Source of the DNA: Flavobacteriales bacterium
GTDB taxonomy: Bacteria; Bacteroidota; Bacteroidia; Flavobacteriales; TMED113
Direction: 5' to 3'
Length of the DNA: 64,000 bases
Assembly: GCA_002701365.1 (NCBI GenBank)
Contig: NZUK01000002.1
Location: forward strand, 46,195 to 110,194
Shown here: in pieces, positions 1 to 8,994 of the stretch
Position numbering within the stretch: position 1 is the stretch's first letter
Layout of the letters: each line of letters starts with the position of its first letter
The notes under the pieces: model-generated
Database searches by the model: none
What the model was told of the DNA's origin: nothing
Seen by the model: only the letters and a program-made list of their open reading frames with translations
Program-made: the position numbers and the translations under genes

Positions 1-1581
1 TTTGACTCTGGATCTATGCCATATGCGCAATGGCACTATCCTTTTGAGAACAAAGACTTAATTGACTCTGGGTTGTTTTTTCCGGCAGACTTTATTGCCG
101 AGGGTGTTGATCAAACAAGGGGTTGGTTTTTTACGCTCCATGCAATTGCCTCTATGTGTTTTAATAGTATTGCTTTTAAAAATGTTATTTCCAATGGGCT
201 GGTTTTAGATCGTTCTGGGCAAAAAATGTCCAAAAGACTTGGCAACACGATTGACCCTTTTGAGGCTATTGAGGCTCATGGTGCAGACTCGTTGAGGTGG
301 TATATGGTTAGTAATTCTCAGCCTTGGGATAACTTGAAGTTTGACATTGATGGCGTCGTTGAAGTAAAACAAAAAATGTTTAGCACTCTTTATAACACAT
401 ATTCATTTTTTAGTTTATATGCTAATATTGATGGTTTTACTAAAGCTGAAGAAGAAATTAAACTGTCTGATAGACATCTTTTAGATCAGTGGATTTTGTC
501 TGAACTACACACACTAATATTAAGTGTTCAGACTAAATATGAATCCTATGAGCCCACCCTAGCATGCAGGGAAATTCAGGCTTTTGTAACTGACAAATTA
601 AGTAATTGGTATATTCGGCTTTGTAGAAGGCGTTTTTGGAAGGGGGGGTATGATTTAGAAAAAATTTCCGCATACCAAACCTTGCTTGAGTGTTTAATGA
701 CCGTTGCCAAGCTTGGCTCGCCAATTGCACCCTTTTTTATGGATCAGCTGTTTTGTGATATTAGTATAGGACTGGGTTGTGATTCTGAAGATTCTGTTCA
801 TTTATCTCGCTTTCCTGTTGCTAATAAAGAGTTTATAAATCCCTTTTTGGAAGAAAAAATGAAACTTACTAAAAATATTTGTTCGCTTGCCCTGTCTCTG
901 AGGAAAAAAGAAGGCATCCGTGTTCGCCAACCTCTTGAATCTGTAACTATTTGTTTATCTGGAAACAAGGGCTCTAAAGATGTTCTTGTTGAATTAATTC
1001 GGTCTGAAATTAATGTGAAAAATGTTTTTTTTGAAAAAAACTCTAATAATATTGTTAAGCGAAAATTGGTTGTAAACTTTCCTGTTGTGGGCAAAAAGTA
1101 TGGTAAGTTGGTTAAGGAAATTGTGTCTGCCGTGGGTGATTTGCGCGAAGAAGACCTTTCTGATTTTGAGGCCTCTGGTGAGATTTCTTTAAATTTACTT
1201 AACTCAAGTGTTGTGTTAAAAAGTGCTGATGTTTTTATTAAGGCTGACGATGTTCCTGGGGTTTTAACGGCAAAGGCTGACGACGTTCTTGTTGTTTTAA
1301 ATTCTGAGCTATCTAGTGATCTTTTGGAGGACGGCTACGCAAGAGAGTTTATTAATTTTATTCAAAACACTCGGCGCGAATTAGGCTTAAAAGTAATGGA
1401 TAAAATAACTTTATTTGTTGGGGGCGACTCTGATGCTCAAAAAATTATACTCAAACACTGTGAATATATTAAAAAAGAGGTTCTAGCTTTTGAAATACAT
1501 GTTGGTGAGGGGTTTTCAAAAAAATCTCATGTGTTTGAATTTAATGATTATAAACTGTATATTGTGGTTCAATTTTCTTGA
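1..1581 (+). CDS. ileS: Isoleucyl-tRNA synthetase, C-terminal part (5' end lies upstream of the window)
   Basis: The frame is open from nt 1, with no stop before listed ORF 16..1581. The class I KMSKS loop is present as KMSKRLGN. It is followed by the conserved dksA-like and lspA neighbours. Confidence 0.9.
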   Translation, partial: FDSGSMPYAQWHYPFENKDLIDSGLFFPADFIAEGVDQTRGWFFTLHAIASMCFNSIAFKNVISNGLVLDRSGQKMSKRLGNTIDPFEAIEAHGADSLRWYMVSNSQPWDNLKFDIDGVVEVKQKMFSTLYNTYSFFSLYANIDGFTKAEEEIKLSDRHLLDQWILSELHTLILSVQTKYESYEPTLACREIQAFVTDKLSNWYIRLCRRRFWKGGYDLEKISAYQTLLECLMTVAKLGSPIAPFFMDQLFCDISIGLGCDSEDSVHLSRFPVANKEFINPFLEEKMKLTKNICSLALSLRKKEGIRVRQPLESVTICLSGNKGSKDVLVELIRSEINVKNVFFEKNSNNIVKRKLVVNFPVVGKKYGKLVKEIVSAVGDLREEDLSDFEASGEISLNLLNSSVVLKSADVFIKADDVPGVLTAKADDVLVVLNSELSSDLLEDGYAREFINFIQNTRRELGLKVMDKITLFVGGDSDAQKIILKHCEYIKKEVLAFEIHVGEGFSKKSHVFEFNDYKLYIVVQFS

Positions 1582-1585
1582 TGTT

Positions 1586-1969
1586 ATGAAAAAAAGTGTT
1601 TCTAAAAGATATTCTGATTCAGAGCTATTAAATTTTAAAAAAATCATCTTAAAAAAGATTGATATTGCCAAACATGACCTCCAACTTTTAAGGGACTCTT
1701 ATAGCAATGCTTCTTCTAATGGAACGGATGACACCTATTCTTCTTTTAAATCTTTTGAGGAAGGGTCGGAAACCTTGTCAAAAGAGTCTAACACGTTGTT
1801 GGCGGCTAGACAAGAAAAATTTATCCGAGACCTTGAAAATGCGTTGGTTCGTGTTGAAAATAAAACATATGGTATTTGTAGAGAGTCTGGTAAGCTTATT
1901 GCTAAAAAAAGATTGGTTTTGGTGCCACATGCTACATTAAGTATTGATGCGAAAAATAAATCGAAATAG
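1586..1969 (+). CDS. DksA/TraR-family protein (degenerate zinc finger)
   Basis: Listed ORF 1490..1969 overlaps ileS. The first ATG after the ileS stop (TGA 1579-1581) is at 1586 (MKKSVSKRY). The C-terminal YGICRESGKLIAKKRLVLVPHATLSIDAK resembles the DksA/TraR finger region. The gene sits between ileS and lspA. Confidence 0.6.
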   Translation: MKKSVSKRYSDSELLNFKKIILKKIDIAKHDLQLLRDSYSNASSNGTDDTYSSFKSFEEGSETLSKESNTLLAARQEKFIRDLENALVRVENKTYGICRESGKLIAKKRLVLVPHATLSIDAKNKSK

Positions 1970-2531
1970 ATTTGTGAAAATTTTTGGATTAAGTCCCTGG
2001 TTTTTTGTTTTTATTCTTGTGTGCCTTGATCAAGGCTTGAAGTTTTTTGTTAAATCTAGTTTTTATATTGGTGAACAACGGGAGATTTTTAACTGGTTTT
2101 CTCTTTATTTTGTTGAAAACAATGGTTTTGCTTTTGGTTATGAATTCTTTGGCGCGTGGGGAAAACTGCTTTTAACTACTGTTAGAATAGTTTTTGTTTT
2201 TGTTCTTTTTAAATGGGTGGTGAAATTATTAAAAGCTGGACTAAATAAATTTGTTTTTCTGGCTTTTTTGTTAGTTTTTTCTGGGGCAATTGGTAATATT
2301 GTTGACAGTGTTTTTTATGGCGTTTTTTATGGTTATGCTCCTTTGTTTTTTGGTAAAGTTGTAGACATGTTTTACTTCCCTTTGTTTTCTGGAACATACC
2401 CTGGTTGGGTGCCTTTTTTCGGTGGCAAAGATTTTCTTTTTTTTAAGTATATTTTTAATCTTGCAGACTCTTATATTACGTGCGGGGCCGTTCTTTTGCT
2501 TATTTTTTACAATCGTGTTCCTGTTAAATAA
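1944..2531 (+). CDS. lspA: Lipoprotein signal peptidase (signal peptidase II)
   Basis: Multi-TM protein with motifs NNGFAFG, GAIGNIVDSVFYG and FNLADS. It shows classical linkage to ileS and overlaps the preceding gene by 26 nt. Confidence 0.85.
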   Translation: MMRKINRNRFVKIFGLSPWFFVFILVCLDQGLKFFVKSSFYIGEQREIFNWFSLYFVENNGFAFGYEFFGAWGKLLLTTVRIVFVFVLFKWVVKLLKAGLNKFVFLAFLLVFSGAIGNIVDSVFYGVFYGYAPLFFGKVVDMFYFPLFSGTYPGWVPFFGGKDFLFFKYIFNLADSYITCGAVLLLIFYNRVPVK

Positions 2532-2567
2532 TAGAGTTGTTTTCTCTCTTTTATCTCTTTGTTTTTT

Positions 2568-2575
2568 TATATTTG
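2568..2575 (+). promoter_or_regulatory. Candidate Bacteroidota -7 box (TAnnTTTG) upstream of hppA
   Basis: TATATTTG lies 32 nt upstream of the hppA ATG (2608), in the only spacer between lspA and hppA. I saw no convincing -33 TTTG at canonical spacing. Confidence 0.3.
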
Positions 2576-2607
2576 CCCAACTTGAATAAATTAATCTTAT
2601 TTGTATT

Positions 2608-4785
2608 ATGGAATTTTTAACTAGTAATCTTATTTATATTGCTCCTCTTCTTGGTTTAGTGGGTTTAATTGTTATGTTTTTTCAATCTTCTTGGGTTTCT
2701 AAACAGGACCCTGGAGATAAAAAAATGGTTGAACTTTCGGATCATATTGCCAAGGGGGCTATGGCTTTTTTAGTCGCTGAGTGGAAGGTTTTGTCTGTGT
2801 TTGCTGTATTTGCTGCCACCGTCTTGGCCTGGTCAGGAACCTTAATAGAAACCTCTTCTCCTGTTATTGCTATTGCTTTTTTGATTGGTGCTTTTTTTTC
2901 AGCACTAGCAGGTTATTTTGGCATGAAAATTGCGACCAAGGCAAACGTTAGAACAACTCAGGCTGCTAGAACAAGTCTATCGAAGGCTTTAAAGGTTTCT
3001 TTTACCGGTGGTTCTGTAATGGGTTTAGGTGTTGCGGGTTTAGCTGTAATGGGCTTAGGTGGATTGTTTATTTTATTTTATAATATTTATGTTGTAAGTG
3101 TTGGAGGAAGTGTAACGGGCCTTGAGATGGTTAAGGCTTTAGAGGTTCTTGCTGGGTTTTCTTTGGGCGCAGAGTCAATCGCTTTGTTTGCTCGTGTAGG
3201 AGGAGGCATTTACACAAAGGCTGCGGATGTTGGCGCCGACCTAGTTGGTAAAGTGGAGGCTGGTATTCCTGAAGATGATCCAAGAAACCCTGCCACTATT
3301 GCTGATAATGTTGGTGACAATGTTGGCGATGTTGCGGGAATGGGAGCAGATCTTTTTGGCTCATATGTTGCAACAATTTTAGCAACAATGGTTTTGGGTC
3401 AAGAAATATCTTCAGTTGATAACTTTGGGGGTATTGCTCCTATTTTATTGCCTTTGGTTATTGCTGGTTTAGGTTTAATATTTTCTATAATTGGAACTTT
3501 TTTTGTTAGAATTCGATCTGAAGAAGGATCTGTGCAAAGTGCGCTTAATCTTGGTAATTGGCTGTCTATTTTGTTTACTTTTATTGCCTCTTATTTTCTA
3601 ACACAGTGGATGCTTCCTGAGACGATGGAAATTAGGGGGGTTGTTTTTTCTTCCATAAGTGTTTTTTGGGCAATTGCTACGGGTCTTATTGTTGGTGCTT
3701 TAATGTCTATAATAACAGAATACTACACTTCTATGGGGCGTAGGCCCGTAGACTCTATTATTCATCAGTCTTCAACAGGTCATGCAACTAATATTATAGG
3801 TGGCCTGGCTGTTGGTATGGAATCAACCGTTTTACCCACCTTGGTGTTGGCGGCCGGAATATATGTTTCTTTTTTGTTTGCAGGACTTTATGGTGTGGCT
3901 ATTGCTGCTGCTGGCATGATGGCAACAACAGCTATGCAGTTGGCTATTGATGCTTTTGGGCCAATAGCAGATAATGCTGGCGGTATTGCAGAGATGAGTG
4001 GTTTGCCCAAGGAGGTTCGTGAAAGAACAGATAATTTAGATGCTGTCGGAAACACTACCGCTGCCGCCGGAAAGGGCTTTGCGATTGCTTCTGCCGCCCT
4101 AACGGCCTTGGCTCTATTTGCGGCGTTTGTTGGTTTGGCCGGAATTGATTCAATAGATATATATAAAGCGGATGTTCTTGCGGGACTGTTTGTTGGGGGC
4201 ATGATCCCGTTCATTTTTTCTTCGTTGGCAATTGCCGCTGTGGGGCGCGCTGCCATGGACATGGTGAAAGAGGTGCGAAGACAATTTAAAGAAATTCCTG
4301 GTATTATGGAAGGAAAGGCTACTCCTGAATATGAAAAATGTGTTGAAATTTCAACAAAAGCTTCTATTAGAGAAATGATTCTTCCTGGAGCTATTCCTTT
4401 GGTTGTTCCTGTTGTTGTTGGTTTTTGTTTTGGCCCTGAGGTTTTAGGTGGTCTTTTGGCTGGTGTTACTGTTTCTGGTGTGTTAATGGGTATTTTTCAA
4501 AATAATGCCGGGGGAGCCTGGGACAATGCTAAAAAATCTATAGAGGCTAGTGGTGAAAAAGGATCGGAATCTCACAAGGCGTCTGTTACTGGAGACACTG
4601 TTGGTGACCCTTTTAAAGACACCTCTGGTCCATCTATGAATATTCTTATTAAATTAATGAGCATTGTTTCTTTGGTTATTGCTCCTCATATTTGTGAAAA
4701 AGACAATGGTCACGGCTCTGTTGAAGATAGTCCCGGTGTTGAGTTGTCCTATGAAGATGTTGAAGAAGATGTTATTAATTATTAA
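2608..4785 (+). CDS. hppA: Membrane-bound ion-translocating pyrophosphatase (K+-dependent type)
   Basis: 725 aa with many TM segments. Signature motifs include [24 protein letters not shown] and [25 protein letters not shown] carries Ala at the K+-dependence determinant. Confidence 0.95.
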   Translation: MEFLTSNLIYIAPLLGLVGLIVMFFQSSWVSKQDPGDKKMVELSDHIAKGAMAFLVAEWKVLSVFAVFAATVLAWSGTLIETSSPVIAIAFLIGAFFSALAGYFGMKIATKANVRTTQAARTSLSKALKVSFTGGSVMGLGVAGLAVMGLGGLFILFYNIYVVSVGGSVTGLEMVKALEVLAGFSLGAESIALFARVGGGIYTKAADVGADLVGKVEAGIPEDDPRNPATIADNVGDNVGDVAGMGADLFGSYVATILATMVLGQEISSVDNFGGIAPILLPLVIAGLGLIFSIIGTFFVRIRSEEGSVQSALNLGNWLSILFTFIASYFLTQWMLPETMEIRGVVFSSISVFWAIATGLIVGALMSIITEYYTSMGRRPVDSIIHQSSTGHATNIIGGLAVGMESTVLPTLVLAAGIYVSFLFAGLYGVAIAAAGMMATTAMQLAIDAFGPIADNAGGIAEMSGLPKEVRERTDNLDAVGNTTAAAGKGFAIASAALTALALFAAFVGLAGIDSIDIYKADVLAGLFVGGMIPFIFSSLAIAAVGRAAMDMVKEVRRQFKEIPGIMEGKATPEYEKCVEISTKASIREMILPGAIPLVVPVVVGFCFGPEVLGGLLAGVTVSGVLMGIFQNNAGGAWDNAKKSIEASGEKGSESHKASVTGDTVGDPFKDTSGPSMNILIKLMSIVSLVIAPHICEKDNGHGSVEDSPGVELSYEDVEEDVINY

Positions 4786-5749
4786 TTAAATAGTCTAGTA
4801 TTTGAATGGCATTTGTTGCCGCTCCTTTTCTTAATGGGTCGGCAACAACCCACATGTTGAATGTGTTTTTTTGAGAGAAATCCTCTCTTATTCTGGAAAC
4901 AAAAACCTCGTTTTTTCCTCTTACCTCTGTGGGTGTTTTATAGTTTTTTCCTTGCTCAACAATAACTCCGTTTTGTTTTTTTAAAAGTTGTATTAATTGC
5001 TTTTTTGTTGTCTTTTTTTTAAGCTCAATATTAACACTTTCTCCGTGTCCACCAAGAGTTGGAACCCTAACTGCGGTTGCTGTTATTTTTATATTAGAAT
5101 TAAGAATTTTATTTGTTTCTTTTATTATTTTTTCCTCTTCTTTTGTGTAGTCGTTTTCACAAAAATCATCACACTTTGGAATAACATTTCTGTGTATTTT
5201 ATTTTTATATACTTTTTCTTTAGGTTCTTCTTTTTTTTCTTCTTTCTTTAATTGTTCTACTGCCTTTAGTCCTGTTCCAAGCACAGACTGGTATGTTGAC
5301 ACTACCATTCGCTTTATTCCTACTTTTTTTTGTATAATAGCAATTGCCATTATTAACTGTATTGTTGAACAGTTTGGGTTTGATATTATTTTATCTTTTT
5401 TTGATATTATTTTTCCGTTTATTTCTGGAACTATTAATTTTATGTTTTTATCCATTCTAAAGGCCGAAGAATTATCTATGACTATTGCCCCTATTTTATT
5501 GAATTTTTTTGCATATTTTTTTGAAGCCTGTGCCCCTGCCGAAAATAACGCGTGTGTAGGATTTTGTTTTAATGCTTGGTCTACTGAAACGACCTTGTAT
5601 GTTTTATTTTTATAGGTTATTTTTTTTCCCTTGCTTTTTTCTGTAGCAACAAAAATTACTTTTTTAATGGTTTTGTTTTTTTTTTCTTCTAAAATTTTTA
5701 TAATTTCTTTTCCAACTAAACCTGTGGCGCCTAAAATTGTTAATATCAT
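4775..5749 (-). CDS. asd: Aspartate-semialdehyde dehydrogenase
   Basis: N-terminal Rossmann motif ILGATGLVG, active-site NPNCSTIQL, plus FSAGAQAS and GGHGESVNIE. The protein is very Lys-rich and the gene AT-rich. Its 3' end overlaps the hppA 3' end convergently by 11 nt. Confidence 0.85.
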   Translation of the reverse strand: MILTILGATGLVGKEIIKILEEKKNKTIKKVIFVATEKSKGKKITYKNKTYKVVSVDQALKQNPTHALFSAGAQASKKYAKKFNKIGAIVIDNSSAFRMDKNIKLIVPEINGKIISKKDKIISNPNCSTIQLIMAIAIIQKKVGIKRMVVSTYQSVLGTGLKAVEQLKKEEKKEEPKEKVYKNKIHRNVIPKCDDFCENDYTKEEEKIIKETNKILNSNIKITATAVRVPTLGGHGESVNIELKKKTTKKQLIQLLKKQNGVIVEQGKNYKTPTEVRGKNEVFVSRIREDFSQKNTFNMWVVADPLRKGAATNAIQILDYLINN

Positions 5750-5795
5750 AAACCGTTTGTTATAAATAATCCAAGAAATTTAAATATTTATTTTA

Positions 5796-7538
5796 ATGTT
5801 TTCTAAAGCTTTATTATTAAAATCTAAAAAACTTCCTAACAAAACTGGTGTTTATATGTTTTTAAATAATAAAAAAGTATTATATGTCGGTAAATCTAAA
5901 AAAATTAAAACCCGCGTTAGTTCTTATTTTCAATCAGATTTAAAAAAAGACCAATTAATTATTTCTTCATCTAATAATATTAAATATCTTCTTGTTGATT
6001 CAGAGGAGGATTCTCTTTTTTTAGAAAATAACTTAATAAAAAAACACAAACCTAAATACAATCTTTTATTAAAAGATGATAAAAACTTTCCTTGGATATG
6101 TATAAAAAATGAAAGGTTTCCTCGTGTTTTTATTTCTAGAAAAAAAGAAAACAATAATGATTTTTATTTTGGGCCCTATATAAATAACCGTATTTTAAAA
6201 AAACTACTTGAAATTGTTTTTGATTTTTACCCGGTTAGATCTTGTAATTTTAATCTTTCTAAAAAGAATATTTTATCTAAAAAATACACGGTTTGTTTAG
6301 ATTATCATTTAAAAAAATGTTTTGGTCCTTGTGAAGGTTATCAAAGTGAAAAAGATTATTATAAAAATATTTCTTCCATCAAACTACTTTTAGAGGGAAG
6401 GTATTCTTCTTTCTTAAAAATAATTAAAAAAGAGCTTGAGTTTTGTTCAAAAATGCTTCTTTTCGAAAGATGTGAAAGTTTATATAATTTAATAAATAAA
6501 ATCAACTATTTAAAAAGTAAAAGTATTATTGTTTCTGTTAAAAGCATTGATTTAGATTGTTTTTATATTTTAAAAATTAATAATTTTTACTATATAAATT
6601 TTATAAGAATAATAGAGGGTTCTGTTCTTTTTATAAATAACTATAAATTTAAAAATGAATTTTATTTTTCAGAAGAAGATGTTTTAAGAAGTTTTATTAA
6701 AAAAGTATTTATAAATTATAATAGCGTTTCTAAAAACTTAATTTCTAATATTAATATTGATTCTTTTTTTAATAGTCGTGTTTTTGTACCTAAAAGAGGT
6801 TATAAAAAAAATATCCTTGATTTATCTAAAAAAAATATCCTTGAATATATTGGTTCCAAAAATCCTAAATTTGATATTTCTATTTTAATTAATTTAAAAA
6901 AATACTTGAATCTTAAAAATACTCCCTTTATTATTCACTGTTTTGATATTTCTAATTTAAATGGAACAAACACCACTGCTTCTTGTATTGTTTTTAAGAA
7001 TGGAAAACCTTTAAAATCTGAATATAGGTCTTATAAATTAAACTCTGTATTTGGTCCTGATGATTATTTATCTCTCTCAGAAGCTGTAGAAAAAAAATAT
7101 AAAAAATTTAAAAATATTCCTGATTTAATAGTAATAGATGGAGGGAAAGGTCAATTAAATACAGTATTAGAAAAATTTAAAAAATTAAATATTATTAAAA
7201 AAGATATAATAAGTATAGCTAAAAAAGAAGAAATAATTTTTTTAAGTGATAATAAAAAGGTTGTTTTAAATAAAAAAAGCGAAGAGTTAAAGTTAATTCA
7301 GTATATAAGAAATGAAGCTCATCGATTTTGTTTAAAACATCATAGGGTTTTAAGAAATAAAAACTTTATTAATACAGAGTTAAATAATATAAAAGGAATA
7401 GGTAATAAAACAATATTTGAATTATTAAATAATTATAAAACATTAAAAAATATAAAAAATTGTTCTAAAAAAGATTTAATAGGTTTTGTTGGTTTAAAAA
7501 AAGGAAATATTATATATAAACATTTTAATAAAAAATAA
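5796..7538 (+). CDS. uvrC: Excinuclease ABC subunit C
   Basis: GIY-YIG N-terminus (GVYMF..VLYVGKSKKIKTRVSSYF), a UVR-like segment, an endonuclease region (HCFDISNLNG, VIDGGKGQLN) and a C-terminal HhH (LNNIKGIGNKT). The gene is extremely AT-rich. Confidence 0.85.
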   Translation: MFSKALLLKSKKLPNKTGVYMFLNNKKVLYVGKSKKIKTRVSSYFQSDLKKDQLIISSSNNIKYLLVDSEEDSLFLENNLIKKHKPKYNLLLKDDKNFPWICIKNERFPRVFISRKKENNNDFYFGPYINNRILKKLLEIVFDFYPVRSCNFNLSKKNILSKKYTVCLDYHLKKCFGPCEGYQSEKDYYKNISSIKLLLEGRYSSFLKIIKKELEFCSKMLLFERCESLYNLINKINYLKSKSIIVSVKSIDLDCFYILKINNFYYINFIRIIEGSVLFINNYKFKNEFYFSEEDVLRSFIKKVFINYNSVSKNLISNINIDSFFNSRVFVPKRGYKKNILDLSKKNILEYIGSKNPKFDISILINLKKYLNLKNTPFIIHCFDISNLNGTNTTASCIVFKNGKPLKSEYRSYKLNSVFGPDDYLSLSEAVEKKYKKFKNIPDLIVIDGGKGQLNTVLEKFKKLNIIKKDIISIAKKEEIIFLSDNKKVVLNKKSEELKLIQYIRNEAHRFCLKHHRVLRNKNFINTELNNIKGIGNKTIFELLNNYKTLKNIKNCSKKDLIGFVGLKKGNIIYKHFNKK

Positions 7539-7839
7539 TGTTAATAAAATTTAATTATACCAGTTAATTTATTAACAATAATTTGACTCTTTTTTTTAAA
7601 AAAAAATAATAATTAATTTTATTAAAATTTAATAAAAAATATTAGTGCCTTATTAACATTGTTATTAATAATATTTAAATAACATATTTTATATTTTATT
7701 ATTATTTTAATTATAAAATTTGTTTATATAAATCATATTTAGATTTTTTTTTATTGTTAATATTATTTAATAATTAAAAAAACCAAATATTATTAAATTA
7801 AAAATTACACTTATTAACATTATATATATATATATAATA
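7539..7839. other. Near-pure A/T convergent intergenic spacer
   Basis: By my hand count there are 24 G/C in 301 nt. It lies between the 3' ends of uvrC (+) and the beta-helix gene (-). It contains T8A9 (about 7590-7606) and (TA)8 tracts. It is the largest gene-free spacer seen in the window. Confidence 0.8.
7821..7836. repeat. (TA)8 dinucleotide microsatellite
   Basis: The sequence tatatatatatatata is read directly. It lies just 3' of the stop codon of the 7840..8994 gene. Confidence 0.9.
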
Positions 7840-8994
7840 TTAATATTTTAAATATTTTATATTATATATAGTGTTTATATTTACTCCTAAATTAGTGTTG
7901 TTATTACCAGATCTTAGTGCTGGTGAATTATTATTTAAATTATAATTAAAATTTATTGAGTTAATGTATTCAGGATTTCCTAAAATATTATAATAACCTT
8001 TTAATATATTATTATTAGATAAACAATAAGAGTTTATAATATTATAATTATTAATATCAAAATCTTCGTTATTATAAGAATATATGTTATTTTTTGATAT
8101 TATATTATTATTAGTTTTTAAACTATTATTAGTTTTTATAGCAATATTATTTATATCAAAATTATTATTAACAATATAAAATATAGAATTATTATTTATT
8201 TCTAATGCTGTATTATTTTTTATAAATAAATTATTATAAATTTTATTAAAACCAGTTTTATTATTAATTGTTAAAGAATTATTATTATTAAAAAAAACGT
8301 TATTAATTATATTAGTATTATTACAATTATTAATTAATAAACCAGAATTATTAAAAATCAAATTATTATTTAAATTTAAATTTTTTAAAGAGTTAAATTT
8401 TAAATTTTTAGAATTATTAAAAACACAACCATTTAAATTTAATGTAGAATTATTAATACTTATAAGTGTATTATAGAAATAAGAATTATTAAAAATTAAA
8501 GAAGAGTTATTTAATTCTAAAACAGAATTATTAATAATAGAATTATTAATTTTAAAGTCGGATTTTTCAATATTAAAATCTACATTTTTTATAAAACAAT
8601 TATTTAAAAAAAAACTACTATTATTTTTTAAATAAAAAACACTTTCTTTTTTAGAATAAATAAAAACATTATAATATTTTTCATAATTTTTTAATTCTGA
8701 AACGTTAAAAAAAAACAAAGAATCTATATTACTTTCACCTATAATTAAAGTTCCATTATTTATAATTTGAGCAGAATTTTTTAAAAATAATTCTACCCCA
8801 TTTTTTAAAACAAGAGTTTTGTTTTTAGGAATAATTAAATCTTTTTTAATAATATATTTTTTTTTAGATTTTTCTAAATAACTAATATTATTAATAGTTT
8901 TTAAATTAGAACTTTTTATCCAACCATCTTTATTTATAGAAATACTATTATTACACGAATAAATTAAAAACAAAATAAAAAAAAATCTATACAT
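7840..8994 (-). CDS. Asn-rich parallel beta-helix (PbH1-like) repeat lipoprotein
   Basis: Lipobox-like N-terminus (FILFLIYSC). There is a periodicity of about 20-22 aa in NNx[IF]xNN motifs (LIFNNSGLLINNCNNTNIINNVFFNNNNSLTINN), typical of right-handed beta-helix repeats. My hand count gives about 103 Asn in 384 aa. It overlaps the upstream ABC gene by 8 nt. Confidence 0.6.
   Translation of the reverse strand: MYRFFFILFLIYSCNNSISINKDGWIKSSNLKTINNISYLEKSKKKYIIKKDLIIPKNKTLVLKNGVELFLKNSAQIINNGTLIIGESNIDSLFFFNVSELKNYEKYYNVFIYSKKESVFYLKNNSSFFLNNCFIKNVDFNIEKSDFKINNSIINNSVLELNNSSLIFNNSYFYNTLISINNSTLNLNGCVFNNSKNLKFNSLKNLNLNNNLIFNNSGLLINNCNNTNIINNVFFNNNNSLTINNKTGFNKIYNNLFIKNNTALEINNNSIFYIVNNNFDINNIAIKTNNSLKTNNNIISKNNIYSYNNEDFDINNYNIINSYCLSNNNILKGYYNILGNPEYINSINFNYNLNNNSPALRSGNNNTNLGVNINTIYNIKYLKY

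Noticed and set aside
1490-1585. The 5' extension of the dksA-like ORF overlapping ileS by 92 nt.
   Set aside because: The extension is read from the ileS C-terminal coding region in another frame. A clean ATG follows immediately after the ileS stop.
7539-7839. The AT-rich spacer as a replication origin. A second candidate was the strand switch at 22357..22431, where minus-strand genes give way to a 21-kb run of plus-strand genes.
   Set aside because: No cluster of DnaA-box-like 9-mers (TTATCCACA or its complement) was seen in either place. No dnaA, dnaN or parAB genes are nearby. The 7.5-kb spacer lies between convergent, not divergent, genes.
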